A DNA stretch of 64,000 nucleotides from contig CM022665.1 of NCBI GenBank assembly GCA_012295275.1, positions 30,876,001 to 30,940,000 of the forward strand, in the 5' to 3' direction. The translations under genes and the position numbers were made by a program. The stretch is from Chrysomallon squamiferum (Eukaryota; Animalia; Mollusca). Of this stretch, positions 1 through 14,483 are shown in pieces (within the stretch, counting starts at the first letter, position 1; each line of letters opens with the position of its first letter). The notes under the pieces are model-generated. The model did not search any database. It was not told the origin of the DNA and saw only the letters and a list, made by a program, of their open reading frames with translations.

Positions 1-2866
1 TGTAAAGAAAATTATGTTAGTCAATAAAAATAGGTGGTGCCATTAGGATGCAGTTTCCCTATCATATGCAAATAATTAAAAAAAAATAGTTGGAAAGAAA
101 AACGTATACGGTTACGGAAAGGATGTGATTGTGCATTTTAAATTCATACATGTTACCTTTGAATTATCAATATGTATTCTGAATACAAAAGTGGAGATAT
201 TATTTTTAAAATTTTAAGAATGCTTTACTTGTATTTTGGAAAAGATCAGATGTCATTTATTTACAGAATAAAGTAATTTTCTCTTTTGTTTCATTTGTTT
301 AATTTATTATTTGAACTAAAACTATCCATTTTAACTACTGAATAGCTGATAATTATTTTTCTCTTCTTTACTGTTCATTTGGCTATTAGAGAACAAATTC
401 TGTCTCTGAAATCTTTGAATTTTAATGGAACAATAATAAAATACGTACATTTCAAAAACAAGAACTAAAAATAAAAAACCAAATTCAGATACCTCATTAA
501 GCTATTTATATATTTTTACTGATTTATAAACTTACTTTGATATGATGAGATATTTTAATCTTTTGATAAGCTTTAGTGACAGCTATAATGGTCATGATTT
601 TGACTTATTCTGTTAAGAAAGAATATCTGGTGTATCATGTTTGCCTTCTTGGTAGTGAAGGATTATTTTATTATTTTATTTTTTTGAAAGCTTTTGCTCA
701 CATTAAAACCTATTTCTACACTGCATTTCAGAAACTTCTATGAAAATTAAAAACAAACTTCGTAATAATTTTTGTAAATTTTATTTTTGTTAGAAAACAA
801 ATCACAGGGCAATCACAGCCCATTGCACAATCAAAAAAATACTGCACATTATCAAATTAAACAAAACAGCATCCAGCAGTTAGTTAAAATTCTACAATGT
901 ATTATATGATTCACATATAACAATCATCTAACGGATTTAAAAATTAATTAAAATATACATATTAATTAATAAAGAAAAAAGTTAATTCCATGAAACTGGA
1001 ATGAGGACATTGTGTCATGCTTTATAAAATCTGATGATTTAAATTATGAATTTATATCCCAAACATTTAAAAAAAAAAAAAAAATTATTTGTAAATTTGA
1101 AGGAAAAAAAATATTTTATTTATTTATTTAATTTAACAAAAGTTTTAATATATAAATATCCAATATACAAAGTATTTTCATTGAAGTTAATGTTTTTAAT
1201 CGTGATTACTGTAATTTTAAAATGTACCAATGAGTATTGATACATCATATTTCCTGCAGTCAGCAACATTATGAACATTGCAATTTTTGTTTCTTTGATA
1301 CAACATGTCAACAGTTTACTGATGAAAATAGATTAATGGTTACATTGCTGTAATAATAGCATCTGATATAATCTTCTTATGTTTTTACTGTTATTAAAAT
1401 ACATTTTTGGTTAAATTTATTGTTATTTATTACTTTTATTTTCCTTATAGCTTTTTCTTCATTGCATGAATTGCTCTGTTGATTCCTTATCAATACATTT
1501 ATTCTGAAACCAAAACTCTGAGACTGATATTCATAATAAAATAAAGTATATAAAATGTTAGTTTTAAAATATACAAGATTTTCTAGCCACCACTGTTAAA
1601 GATTAAAAATTATGAGATCTCCATGTAATGTGGAATAAAGTTAAAATTTTGGACACAAAACCCCAAAATACAAATATGAAATTAGATGCTTTAAAATTAA
1701 ATAACCATTGTTTTCTTGATGAATATTAATTTTTTCATTTTGTATTTTATTTTAAATAATGTAAATTCAAAAAAAAAAAAAAAAAAAAAAATGATATATA
1801 AACAATCCAATAATTATGAATTAATTTAAATGTAACATGAGGTATTTTTAGCTTTTTCTAGTGACAACAAAAATTATCAAATGCCCTTTTCAGATTATTT
1901 TAAAATAAGTCCTATTTAGATGGGCCAGTAAAAATGGCAGGAGTTTCATTTCTCATATTATTATTGTACAAAAACAATGCTAAAGAAAAGATGAATATGA
2001 TAATAATGTTGAGATGTCATTAAACATCAGTCAACACTGAAAATAACAGAAGAATAATTCTTGAAGATCCATTTCATGTTAATGTTGAAAAAAAAAAATC
2101 TCAGAAAGTTTGTATCTGTCCAGATATCAAACCGAGAAGTTGCAAACCAAAATTTAAAATTTAATAAACATTTATTACAATATCAAAAATGTTAATATTT
2201 AAAAAAAAAAAAAAAAAAAAACCTGGTCTTAATTATACAATTTTCATCTGTCAACAGTTCTATCTTTTTCTTATCTAGATAAATTGTACAGCTCTTTATA
2301 CAGTATTAAAAAAAAAATAATTTAAAAAATTTGAATTTTGAATTTTTATCTCAACATACATCTGCAATTCAATCCTAAATTTAACTTTGATGTCAGAAAG
2401 TTAAAATATTTTATTATACTAAATATTCATTCTTTCTTTCATTTATTCATTCCTGAAACATTAATGTTCAAAATTCAGTCACAAAAGCAGTATTTGTAGA
2501 CTAAAGTCAAACAGTCAGCCAGGTTAATGTGGCAGCTGCAACAGTACAATATGAAATAAAATCAGAAAACATTTATGTGATAGTTTGACTAGAGCTTAGT
2601 ACATTGCAAAAGAAGAAATACACAATGACAACCAACAGTTTTATACAGTGAATTTTAAAACATCATACACATTTAGATTACCCTGTGACATAGAAATATT
2701 AAGTAGAGAGAGGTGAAAAAATTAAAACATCAGAGTTAACCAAGCATATAAATAAATATGAACAAGGTGAGTTTTATTCTTAATAGGAAAAACATACCAA
2801 GATTTTTATTTAAAAAAATAGTTATTGATAATGTTAATAGATGAAATGATTGTCTGATAACCACTG

Positions 2867-2901
<35 letters not shown>

Positions 2902-3105
2902 TAACATCTGGGATAAATTAGATTTTTGTTTTGATTTTAAAAGTGTATGTATGTATAATATATATATATAATTTCCAAATTACAACAATTATTATTATAT
3001 GAAAGAATATATCACTGTAACAAAATTAATTCACTGATCATGTCCTTTCAGAAAACCATTAAAATTATTATTTATTGTAAATTAAAAAACCACAGAAGTA
3101 AATAG

Positions 3106-3142
<37 letters not shown>

Positions 3143-6100
3143 AATTAAAAAAAAAAAATAATAATAATAATAATCAAAAAAACAAAACTCCACTAAAGTT
3201 ATGATTAAAAACAGGTATTAATTTTCATTTAATCTCCATGTGAAATAATTGTCTGTTAAAATTTCAAACTCCAATGACAAATTCTAAGCATGAGCATATT
3301 ACTAATATTTTTCTATCTGTAATGAGCAAACTATCTAATCTATATAATGTTACATTATAATAACAATAATAATAAAGAAAATAATATTAATTTTTCTATC
3401 AACAATACACTTACATTCATAATTATCACTAGTCATTAATGAAGATAAATGATTATAATATATAATCACTGTGTATGAATTAAATATATACAGTTTTACT
3501 ACTAATCTTTTTTTAATAAAATTAAAATAAAACAAATGTATTAAATAACTGATTGATTATATTAACATATAATAAAATTTATATTTTATAAAATAATTGT
3601 ATGTATATTTTTATGATTAAGAAATTAAAAAAGACAAATTAATTAATATATGTAAGTTAAAATAAATATGGGACTAAGCATTTAATAAAAAATATACTGA
3701 CACCAGTGTTATATAGCTAAAATAAAGCTTCAACACTGGACAACAAGCACCTGAATAAATAACAAATTAACCTGTGATTGAAATAAAAACTCCAAATAAT
3801 TAAACTAACAGGTAAGTATACTGTTTTAAACGTTTGACTTAAAATATATCTATGCATGCATTAGCAACACCCCTCCAAATACAATAAGATAAAATGACTT
3901 CCTAAAAAAAGTTTTTTTTTTTTTACATATAATAGTAGTTTCTTGGGTATATACATCCCTATATATTTTACACCAGTAATCAAAAAATTGTAACACAAAT
4001 TAAAATGTTTATGTAAGAAAAAAAACAAAAACATTATGTAACTAATGTAAATGCAAAAACCCAAATTCTTGACTCTTCTAAATCTTAATTCTTTCCCTCA
4101 CATTACATGAAAATAGTAAGAAAGTGAAAATACTTATTTTTAAAGAAAGCAACATGTACACCCTACTATTCTACAATCTTAATGTAAGTTAAAATATAAA
4201 CAAATTTAGAAAATGTTTTTTTTACTAGTATTAGTATTTATTAGCAGAGTTAAAAGTAAGGTGATGTTTAGCAGTGAGCTTACAACTTAACATTCTCTAG
4301 GTGAGATCAACAGAGCAAGAAAGATCAAGGCACACAAATGAAATCAACTGAAGTAATTATACTCATTGCTGGGGGACTCTATATATATATCAAAAAAACA
4401 AAAAAACAAAAATAATTTCCTAATTATTACAAAATGAATAAAAAATAATGAGAAGATATTGGTATTTCTGTTTAAAATTTTGTTAAAATAAAAAGTACAA
4501 ATCATACACCTCTGCATTCCTCACAATCAAAGCTATATACAAAAAAAAAAAAAAAAGGGAAGAAATTCTGTAAGTAGGCACTAGTAAAATAAATCACAGC
4601 ATTTTTTGATTACCAAATTTTTGGACTAATTTCTATTTATAATAATGAAGACAAAGATGTATCTGAATGTGAATATGATTGTATTGTCTTTTTTCTCCTT
4701 TTAATTTCTAAATATATTTTATTATGAACTGTATTTTTAAAAATATTACACACTATCACATTTCAAGATTCATTATAAATCCATTTTGAGGATTCAGTTA
4801 AAGGGACAACATAATTTCAACATTAAATATATATATAAAGTAAAATTTAAACATCTTTCCAACACCATAACTCTTAAATCAAGATTCTGATTCTCAGTGC
4901 CATTTTATAATTAGCAAAATGATTCACATTTTCACTGTTAACAGAATAGAAAATGGAAGACAGAAACAACTCCAGTAAGTCATTCCTACATACAACATTC
5001 ATATGTCAACTTTTTATATAATTGATCTGAATGTTCAGATAACAACCCTCTCTGATCTGATCATGTTTTTGGTCTAAGTCATACCAGTAAACACACTATT
5101 ATTATTTTACATAATTACAACAACAGTTTTTGTAGAAAGTAACACAAATTATAGGTAAATCAGTGAATGAAACACTGGTAATTACCTTTAGAAAATTACT
5201 TAAATAGACAAATATCTTGCTTTTGCTGTAACTAACATCAACATATAGGTGTCTGTAAGTATGTTTGTAATGTTGTTGTAGATACTTCAGTATATAAACA
5301 TCTCATTTTTGTAAAGTTACACACACAAAAGAAGAGAAACACAAAATATTACACATCTCACTGTATACAGTTAACAAGAAAACATCTGTTAAAATTATAG
5401 CAGATTTAATACTGAGGCTTGTACTATTTTACATGTGGAAACAAAGAAAATATAAAGCAAATGATTTATCAAAAACTGATAATTCTTTTTGGTGTTGAGG
5501 ATTTCTTTTTAAAAATATTTCTTAATTTTGCTTTTTTAAAAGATAAAATTATATTAATTTTTTCTTTTCTTAAATTTGTGCAAATGTGGAAACAAATATT
5601 TCACTATTTTTGTTATGTTCTAATATAGAACAAAGAACTATATTGAAATCAACAATGTGGTTTGTGATACTAGTGTTATTCAAACATCAATCTTTTAACA
5701 TAAGAAACACTGTAATATTATGGATATTTTTAAAAATAATGTTACATTTTTAAAATAAACTAAACTTTCTTCTTTACTATCAGTATTATTATTTTATTTC
5801 CTTTTTATTTTATTTTATTCATTTATTTTTAAACTAAACATGCTTTTAAACAATGGTTTTAATTATGTAATACTTCTTGCCTTATTACTAAGATATTTAA
5901 ATTGAATATTATCATAAACCACTTGACAAATGTAAACATTTTATATATGAAATGTTTATTGACAAGACTTAAATCTATAATAATAAACTTTATTACTTTA
6001 TTTCTATTGCTTAATTATCATTATATATATATATTTTTTTAATTTGTTTCAACATGAAATGTGTCTATGAAAAACCTGAATAAAATAAAATGTGATTATC

Positions 6101-6754
6101 ACATCCATTACAGAATTCAAAATGACATATGTTATTGAACTAATATTATTGTGACTAGAAACTATAGAATTAAAATGATTAAAGCCATAAACTTTGTTGT
6201 GCACTTTTAACTTTCTGTATGTGTAAGGATGTATATCTTGAAACAATATGTTAAGAATGTATATCCAAGAATATATGCATACATAAATACACAAGGACAC
6301 ATATACTCTGTAAAGAACATTTAGAATGAAGGATTTAGATCAAGAGCACTGGTTTTGTAAATGAAACAGACAATATGATAAAATATAAGATAATAAAAAA
6401 AAAAATACAAATACCAATAACATGATAAAATACAAGATAAAAAAAATATTTGTGACTTTATTATTATTTTAAGTATCTTCATTCCAAAAGTACTTTACTT
6501 CATGCATGATTCAGTTTTTCCTTTTCTCGTTGTATTTTAAATTTTAAAAACAGAAAAAAATGTTAAGCTGTAATCTAAAAACTAAATTTGACATCAGGAA
6601 GACTTGTAATCTCACCTCTAAGTAACATAATATCCATCACAGAATTTCTAATCATTTCAACTACTTGAGCAATTAATGCACTACTGTAGCAAATTTCTAA
6701 TAATTTAACTGTAATATATAATTTATATAAAGACTGCATTGTTTGTAAAAATGA

Positions 6755-6910
6755 CTACAGTCTATTTAGTGAAAATATCCATTTCTGTGATACCAATTCC
6801 TTGTTGCATTCATTAGCTATCAAACCTTGCTCTTCTACTACAGAACTGTCTAAACAGAGATTAAAGTTGTGACTCTTCAATATGTTATCTCCCTCAACAC
6901 GATCCCATTG
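6755..6910 (-). CDS. GALNT2: GALNT2 terminal exon 15 (lectin gamma repeat): QWDRVEGDNILKSHNFNLCLDS...SQKWIFSLNRL*
   Basis: tttttcag| acceptor, QxW and CLD motifs, TAG stop at 6757-6755. Summed CDS is 1773 bp = 590 aa + stop. Confidence 0.95.
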   Translation of the reverse strand, partial: QWDRVEGDNILKSHNFNLCLDSSVVEEQGLIANECNKELVSQKWIFSLNRL

Positions 6911-7140
6911 CTGAAAAACAGATAAATACAGATACATTACACTTTTCAACATGCTGTCACAAACAAATAAATATAATACAGATACAATATACTTTTCACC
7001 ATGATCCCATTACCAAAACACAGATAAGTATAATACAAGTACATTATATTGTTCAACATGTGGCGAAACCAAAAATACAAGCTAAATACATCAAACTTTT
7101 CAAAATGTTTTCACACTGTATGATCCCTTTGCTGAAACAT
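6900..7140. repeat. degenerate ~50-60 bp tandem repeat overlapping the GALNT2 last-exon acceptor
   Basis: GATCCC(A/T)TT starts at 6901, 7003 and 7122; ATACA..TACA.T...TTCA(A/C)(C/A)ATG ends near 6952, 7003, 7060 and 7107. Confidence 0.75.
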
Positions 7141-7474
7141 GAACCACAAATGCATATATAAAACAAAGTTTACAAATGGAAGAAATAAGTTTAAAATGTT
7201 TATCAAAATGTATCTTGGACATTTTAGATCTTACTATATTTTATCTTTTTATTTTATTGTGCTAGAGAAAATAAAATTTTACTATATTACTATATTTTTG
7301 TTCTGCAAAAAACAAAGTAAATCAGGAAGTTTTAATCCAGTAGAAGTATAATGTTTAAGATTTGATTCTGGTGAACTTCTGCATTCTTCCAGATCTCAAG
7401 AAAAATGTGAAACAGGATTTAACAAGACACAGTAATAATGCTTTACTAATGTGTGGTTATGTAAAAACCCTCAC

Positions 7475-7594
7475 CTGTAAGTAGTTGTCAGGCTGACACT
7501 GGAACAGCTTAACAACACTACCTGGTGATGTCCCAGTCAAAGTCACACAGAGATCAATGTGTTTTATAGCACCAGACTTTGTGAGAGAAAACTC
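7475..7594 (-). CDS. GALNT2: GALNT2 exon 14 (lectin beta repeat): EFSLTKSGAIKHIDLCVTLTGTSPGSVVKLFQCQPDNYLQ
   Basis: aacag| ... |gtgagg, 120 bp, phase 0/0. Confidence 0.95.
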
Positions 7595-7921
7595 CTGTTA
7601 ATAAAAAAATGTGTAAATATAATAAATACAAACATAAAAGTATAAAGGAATAACTTTAAAAAAAAGTAAAAGACAGACATTAGATCATAAAATATAAATA
7701 AAAATAAACTTAAGAAAAAAGAACAAAACTACTGAAATATTTAACATATAAACACACACACACACACACACCAGAGTTACAGATATACAAATATACCATT
7801 CAAAACATTCTCTATTCACAGAAGTTCAAACATATTTATTCTTACAGTTATTATGAATTGAAAAGGAATATGTCTAGCCTTGTACTCACTAAAATAAACT
7901 TTAAATATTATAAATGTTTAC

Positions 7922-8048
7922 CTGATTTCCACCAGAATTGTGACAGGGATATATTCCCAGTGTACCATCTTGAAAATGCCCCAATGTATCAATACACCCA
8001 TCTCCCTGCTGTATGCTGCCAAAAGCTATATCCTGAGTATCTGGCACT
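7922..8048 (-). CDS. GALNT2: GALNT2 exon 13 (ricin-type lectin, alpha repeat): [42 protein letters not shown]
   Basis: AG/GT boundaries, 127 bp, CxD...CH..GGNQ lectin motif. Confidence 0.96.
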
Positions 8049-8848
8049 CTGTGAGGTAAAAACATAATAAAAATATAAATAATATTTACAATATTATAAC
8101 AACAGTGACTTTAACAAATATTTAGTGACACCTCAAGACATTTTCATATTAACAGATAACAGATATCACAAAACAGAGTTTTTGTATGATGATAATGTGA
8201 AAGAAGAAACTGGTTGTGGTAACTACTCTTTCCAGTTAGCAACAAGGGGACTTATATATATAGGAAAATGCATTTTTCTACCAAAACACAATGCATTTAT
8301 CATTTATCACAAATCAGTAATGAGATGTGGCTGAAATAGTAAACAGAATAAAGGAGGATTGACCCTGAAGCAAGCAATGCCCAGAACTATAATCATTGAG
8401 CAAAATGTTCCAGGTTCTTAACATAAAATAAAAATGTTTACTTGTATGTGTTCATGAATGTATGTACATCAGCAGGCTATGTATTGGTGAAATTATTCAT
8501 TCACAACAGCACTTCAACTCAACATTTAATTACCTCATCAAATGAATAACTTTACTTATTCAAAACCATAAATGAGATAGTATATTTTTTATCTGTGTCA
8601 ACTTCTTATCTGGTCTAACTAAAGGCAGTTGTTTGTTCCTGCAAAAAGCTGTAACTTTAAAAAGGATATTATTATTATTATTATTATTATTTTTCAAAGA
8701 GTTTAAAGTCAAACAAATTTTAAAACTATACTAACATAAGTACCATCAAAAGAATTTAAAAAACCAACTGTTATTTCATATTATGATAAGTAATATGTAA
8801 AAAGTGTCAAAAATCATCTTAAATGTGTTCAGTATTGACCATACTTAC

Positions 8849-8932
8849 TTTAATTCAGGATAAACATTTTCCAAGAACCATTTAAATGGTTTACATTTCA
8901 GATCCTTTTTAAGTTTTAATCTTTTTGATACA
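8849..8932 (-). CDS. GALNT2: GALNT2 exon 12: [27 protein letters not shown]
   Basis: tttcag| ... |gtaagt, 84 bp, [15 protein letters not shown] motif. Confidence 0.97.
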
Positions 8933-9184
8933 CTGAAAGAAAAAAATAAATAAATAAATAAAAATAAAACCTAATAATAAAATAATAACAGAATAACATG
9001 CAACAGTCATTTTTAAAAATGATTTAATTCTGTATATTATTCTGTACTCATGCACACATAAAATTTCTCATATTTGATTATATAGGTATTAAATCAATAA
9101 ACTTCCTATTTCTTTAATAATGTATTGTAATAACAAAGTCTGATTTCATTAAATTATTTTAAGAAAATAATGAATGAAACTAAC

Positions 9185-9277
9185 TCTCCAAAAAATATAT
9201 TTTTGGCACTGGGTACTGCAGCATAGTAAAACTGTTTATACTCATCCATCCACACCTCTGCTGCACGGCGGGTATTT
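9185..9277 (-). CDS. GALNT2: GALNT2 exon 11: [30 protein letters not shown]
   Basis: tttcag| ... |gttagt, 93 bp, [10 protein letters not shown] motif. Confidence 0.97.
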
Positions 9278-9810
9278 CTGAAAATTTTACATACATATTT
9301 ATAGATATATACAAAGATATAGATAATACAGATGGTTAGTTCATATGTGAAGTTGGATAAATTCAGGGAGACAGAAAAACAAATGATAAATAGTTATACT
9401 GATAAACTGATAAATGCACATATACGTATATACATAATATTATACAGGTATTTTTATTCATGCATGTGTGTGTACATTTGTACAAACAAATGCAAACACC
9501 ACCTTTCAAAAAGATGATTCTTAAAACAAGTTTTTTTTTCTGAAATACTTAAAAACATTACTGAAAAACAAAATAATATTTAAAAGCTGATTAGCAATTG
9601 ATTCTGTCTTATTTGTTGAATTTAAAAAGTATACAATTATCTGCAATGATTTAATTTTCATTTACATTCCAACTTCTGGAGTATTTATTGCATTTAGAAA
9701 ATTTTATTTTAAATTTTACAACATGAAATTTACTTGTACATTTTAAAATAAATTTTGGTTAAAGAAAATAATGTTTTAAAAATGAATCTCTGATAAACAA
9801 AGATAAATTA

Positions 9811-10041
<231 letters not shown>

Positions 10042-10406
10042 TTAAAACATGAAATACAATTTTAAAATTTTAAAGAAACTGAAAAAGATATTCTTGTTAA
10101 TAAATTCTTAACACATTTAACAATACTGTTTTTAATACTGACAGGTTAATCCTTTCAAATTTGATAACTATATTTTTCACAATATTCTGTTAAAATACAA
10201 TGTAAAATCAAAAGATTTACAAGTACCCTCATTCTGTACACCATCATTTAATTATTAGAAAATTGGGAGTAATAAATATACTTTTAAGATATCTCTGTAA
10301 AATTATTTTATTTTATTTTATTTTATTTTTCTTCTTCTACTTATTATATTTTAATATTTTTCAGTAAGAATATGAATAATTTTTATAACCTATAATTAAT
10401 ATTTAC

Positions 10407-10510
10407 CTAAATTTTCCCCACCCCAGACATCCATATCAGGATCATATTTTCCTAGTTCATCAAACCAAGACTTGTCAATAGTGAACAGTCCACCAGCTAT
10501 TAGAGGAGTT
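10407..10510 (-). CDS. GALNT2: GALNT2 exon 9: [34 protein letters not shown]
   Basis: AG/GT boundaries, 104 bp, AGGLF and WGGEN (Gal/GalNAc-T) motifs. Confidence 0.97.
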
Positions 10511-11069
10511 CTGAAATATCACACACTCAATTTAATAAACACTTCACTACATACAGTGTTCCTACGCCACAAATCATCATCATTTTGTACAAGCAAGTAA
10601 GATGTTATTAACATGGTATAAGTTCTTTGTGTGCTGATTAAAACTTGGTGACTCAGTGTTAGTATCACAACATTTTTAAGTATTCTCTTTGTCCACATCA
10701 CAACTTTACTAAGTTTGAAATATTACACATTATAAACTGATACACTGAAAACTTACACTTTCACTCTATGAATTTGTTTTGTTTCATTAAAGATGAATAT
10801 AAATCAGTGATAAAACATATCACAACTGTTAGGATAGGTGCAGAGACAGTGATCTTTTTCCAGTTCCAACAAAAGCTCCTCAGTTTCCATATAGATTTTA
10901 AAATCTTTTTAGGAAGCTATGGTAAATACTAAAAAAGACTCTGTGAGAACATTATATTAATTCTTCATATTTAGTATGAGTAATGAGTTATCTGACACCT
11001 AGAGTTCTTTTTGATTTTTTTAGTTTCTTATTTATTTTTTAAAATATGCAACAAACATTTTCTTTGCAC

Positions 11070-11157
11070 CTTATTTCTGATATTGGAGCATTTGCCCTGC
11101 GGTTACGTTCTTCTGCAGTCATGTAGTCCCACTTGAAAACCAGGTTCCAGTCAAAAC
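11070..11157 (-). CDS. GALNT2: GALNT2 exon 8: [28 protein letters not shown]
   Basis: tttcag| ... |gtgcaa (weak donor), 88 bp, [10 protein letters not shown] motif. Confidence 0.95.
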
Positions 11158-11515
11158 CTGAAATATCAAAACAGTATTCCTTCTTCATAACATTATACAA
11201 CTGAGAACATTTTTAGTTTATTAGTTTTACTGAGATACATAGACCGTTCACCGAGACCGTTTTTATTTCTCTCTGTACTGTTTCATTTACTATATCTATT
11301 ATAATTACAAATTAAATAATTCTATTTTTCAGACAATCTAAGATGATGATTTTTATGAACTGTCTTTGATTTCTATGACAATTAATTTGGCCATGTGGTT
11401 TTGTTTTATTTTGGATTTTTTGTAGTTTTTTTAACAACCACTACCAAATAAAAGGAATTTGTTTTCTTAAAACATTATCAGTAATGTTGTTAATATTTCA
11501 CTAAAAATAAATTAC

Positions 11516-11603
11516 CTCCCTTCAGATCAGCTGATGCCCCAATGTAGTCAAAATTGTCCATACTTATAACATCAATGATTGGGCTAACAACTCTTCTTCG
11601 ATC
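11516..11603 (-). CDS. GALNT2: GALNT2 exon 7: [29 protein letters not shown]
   Basis: tctag| ... |gtaat, 88 bp, VVSPIIDVI and GASADLKGG motifs. Confidence 0.97.
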
Positions 11604-11835
11604 CTAGAAAATAAATTCAAATGATAATCTAAAAAAATGAAATACACAATAAAATAATCAGTTTTGCATAAAAGATGATTAATATATGTAATAAACAGAA
11701 AATAAACTCTTAATTAAATACCAGCAGCTCAGTCTTAAATGTCACAAATATTACAGTCAATGTTCAGTACTTAAATTGCTTTTTATAATTATTTCATGAG
11801 AAAAATTGAAGATGTAATATAATTCACAGAATTAC

Positions 11836-11957
11836 CTCAGAAACTCGCTCCAGTAGTGGCTCCAGCCAGTTGACGTTGCACTCACAGTGACTGTCAAGAA
11901 ATGTCAAAATCTTTGCCTTGGCAGCATCAGCACCCTTCACTCTTGATCTTATTAATC
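11836..11957 (-). CDS. GALNT2: GALNT2 exon 6: [40 protein letters not shown] (DxH metal-binding motif)
   Basis: AG/GT boundaries, 122 bp, FLDSHCEC motif. Confidence 0.97.
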
Positions 11958-12538
11958 CTGACAGAAATCAAGTTAAAAAAAAAGCAACAGTTTTATAATT
12001 AAGCATATAATGTAATCAAAATCTATTATAATTTTTATAATCACAATAAGTCATGTTTTTCAGTAAATTTTAAAACCTAAATAAATAAAACATTGTGAAG
12101 TTGTATCTAAGCTGCAGAGTATGCTAAATGATCTTCAATTTAAATTTGTAATCTCATTTTACATTTCATAAACTTAATCTAGAAATGACTTTTGGAATCT
12201 ATAATAGCTAATGAGACTGGTATATTCTGAATCAAATCAGCATGATCTATGATTACCGGTGTAAACAAATAAAATTATGAACTATTCAGTTTTATCAAGA
12301 AAATTTGGTTAAAATGAGAAAAGCAAAAAAACATGTAAAAATTATCATTAAAAAAATCACACCCTGTATTTCCACTGAAAGATAAACTTAAATATGACAG
12401 AGGAATAACAATTTTGTTTATTACTTGTAAACATATTAAAATATCTCAAGTAAAAATATTTTTTTCAATATGGCAGAGAAACTTTAGAAATTAAAATGAC
12501 TGTATTTACTTTATTATCAAAATTCTTAAACTATTCAC

Positions 12539-12604
12539 CTTCTCTTTTTTTATTACGAATTAGTTTGACCTTCTGGATTTTTGTGAGTTCTTCCCCATCA
12601 GAAG
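12539..12604 (-). CDS. GALNT2: GALNT2 exon 5: SDGEELTKIQKVKLIRNKKRE
   Basis: ttcag| ... |gtgaat, 66 bp, phases consistent with neighbours. Confidence 0.93.
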
Positions 12605-12975
12605 CTGAAGAAAACAGAGAAAATATAACCAAAGTAAAAATTTTAAATAGTTTATTATCACATTTTATTAATAATTATTTCCCCTACAATGTAAATAGCT
12701 TCTGTTCCTGGAGGCTTTGAAATCATTAATATCTGAAGATGAAGTTTAAAAACTATCATAAATAGGTTAATGGTAAGAATTGTTATTTGGAATAAATGTA
12801 AAAATGTTTAAACTGACATATAGAATACTGCAGGGCAAACACTTTAAATATACAATAGATGAATATATCAAGTAAATGAATAATTAAAACAAAACATAAC
12901 ATTTGTTTAAAGGATATGTTTAAATCAGCAAGGAATAAAATCTATGTTTACTTTATAATGAACCCAGCTACTTAC

Positions 12976-13043
12976 GATCATCACTAAAATCATCAACAAG
13001 GATGATTTCCTCAATCAGATGTTCTGGACTTCTCTGAAAGACA
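12976..13043 (-). CDS. GALNT2: GALNT2 exon 4: VFQRSPEHLIEEIILVDDFSDD
   Basis: tacag| ... |gtaag, 68 bp, EIILVDDFS motif, phases consistent. Confidence 0.96.
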
Positions 13044-13852
13044 CTGTAAAGACATTTATCAATATTACAAAAAATAACATTTTCTCATGAATTTAAAAAA
13101 TATGTATATGTAAAAATAAAAATTCATAACAATAATAAAATTAAAAATTAAAACAATAATAGAAAAAGGTGGTGGCACCTATTACTATAGTGATAAAACT
13201 TTCAAGATACAATTATTACTACAAAGAAACAAAAATGACTGACAGCTATTAAACAGCAGGCATTAGGTGTTTTCTCTACAAATGCCTAATTTTTATCACT
13301 AAAAATAAATAAAAAAATAAAAAAATAATACTAAAATATTAAAAACAAATCCCATATTTAAAAAAAGAACAAAAACAAATGTAATAAACTATTTTTTTTT
13401 TCACATTAATACTTTATGGGGCAGAGCTGGAAGACAGGGAATGGGGTTTCTCATCTGGCTTTGGAAATTTGAGGGCACAGATGAATCAGAATGATACAAG
13501 ATAGTGACCCAATTAAGTCTCTTTAACAGAAAAAAATGCAAATAAAAAAATAAATGAAATTGGTATTTCAGAACTCATGCAAAAACCCTTCACCCAGGTT
13601 TTGTCATGCTTAATTTTTTTTTCTCGTCATGAAAACATACACTGTAAAAATATACTTGAGAAAATTGTTCAAGAATAAAAACAAAATTACAGAATTTTAC
13701 TTTTATGCTATCAAGAGACGGGAAGTTTTTGGATAACACAACAAAACTGATATTATAAATGTGTGCAGAATAAATTGCACTTTGATGTTATAGATAATAT
13801 TAAAACTTTTTAACAATGGCCTGCAGATATGTGATATTTTGGGGTATGTTAC

Positions 13853-13951
13853 CTGATTATAGTCCTCAGTAATGCTGATCTGGCTTCATTATGAAATGTG
13901 ATGATTACCGATGTTGCTGGATAATTGTCTTTCCAAACTTTCTGTCGACAT
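13853..13951 (-). CDS. GALNT2: GALNT2 exon 3: [32 protein letters not shown]
   Basis: AG/GT boundaries, 99 bp, [17 protein letters not shown] motif of the GT-A catalytic domain. Confidence 0.96.
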
Positions 13952-14483
13952 CTGAGTGAGAAAAAACCCCAATTTAAAACAAAGTATACTTTTATGATAG
14001 AAAGATGAATGACTGGTAGATGGATAGATGGATGAACAAAGATATAATAATATAAAATAATAGTTGTGATTACATTAGTAAAAAAAACAACAACAATAAA
14101 CTGAATAATGATTAAAATATAGAATGGAAGGTAAATCATTCTGTTTTCTGCTTGACTAATCGTTAAAGAGATTTATAAATAACCAGATATAAATTGAAAA
14201 CCCAGATAACTGATATTCCATTATAAAGTTTCTCTCCATTTAGTTTTGTCATGAATAAAGTGTTCTCAAAACTTAGTAAAAGAAAATTTGAATTATGTCT
14301 AAATACAATTATTAATAACTTTACTATTGATACTTTTAATTTTTTTTTTTTAAATAATATTAAATGCTAGGATAATTTACGTAAAATAAATAAATAAATA
14401 CAAATAAATATTTAAATAAAAAATCTTTAATAAATTTTGTTTTAAATTTATATATATATATATTTTTATTTTTATTTTATATT

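Noticed and set aside
1-6754. Possible additional gene downstream of GALNT2
   Set aside because: Only AT-rich low-complexity ORFs and no spliceable coding exons recognised; likely 3' UTR or intergenic.
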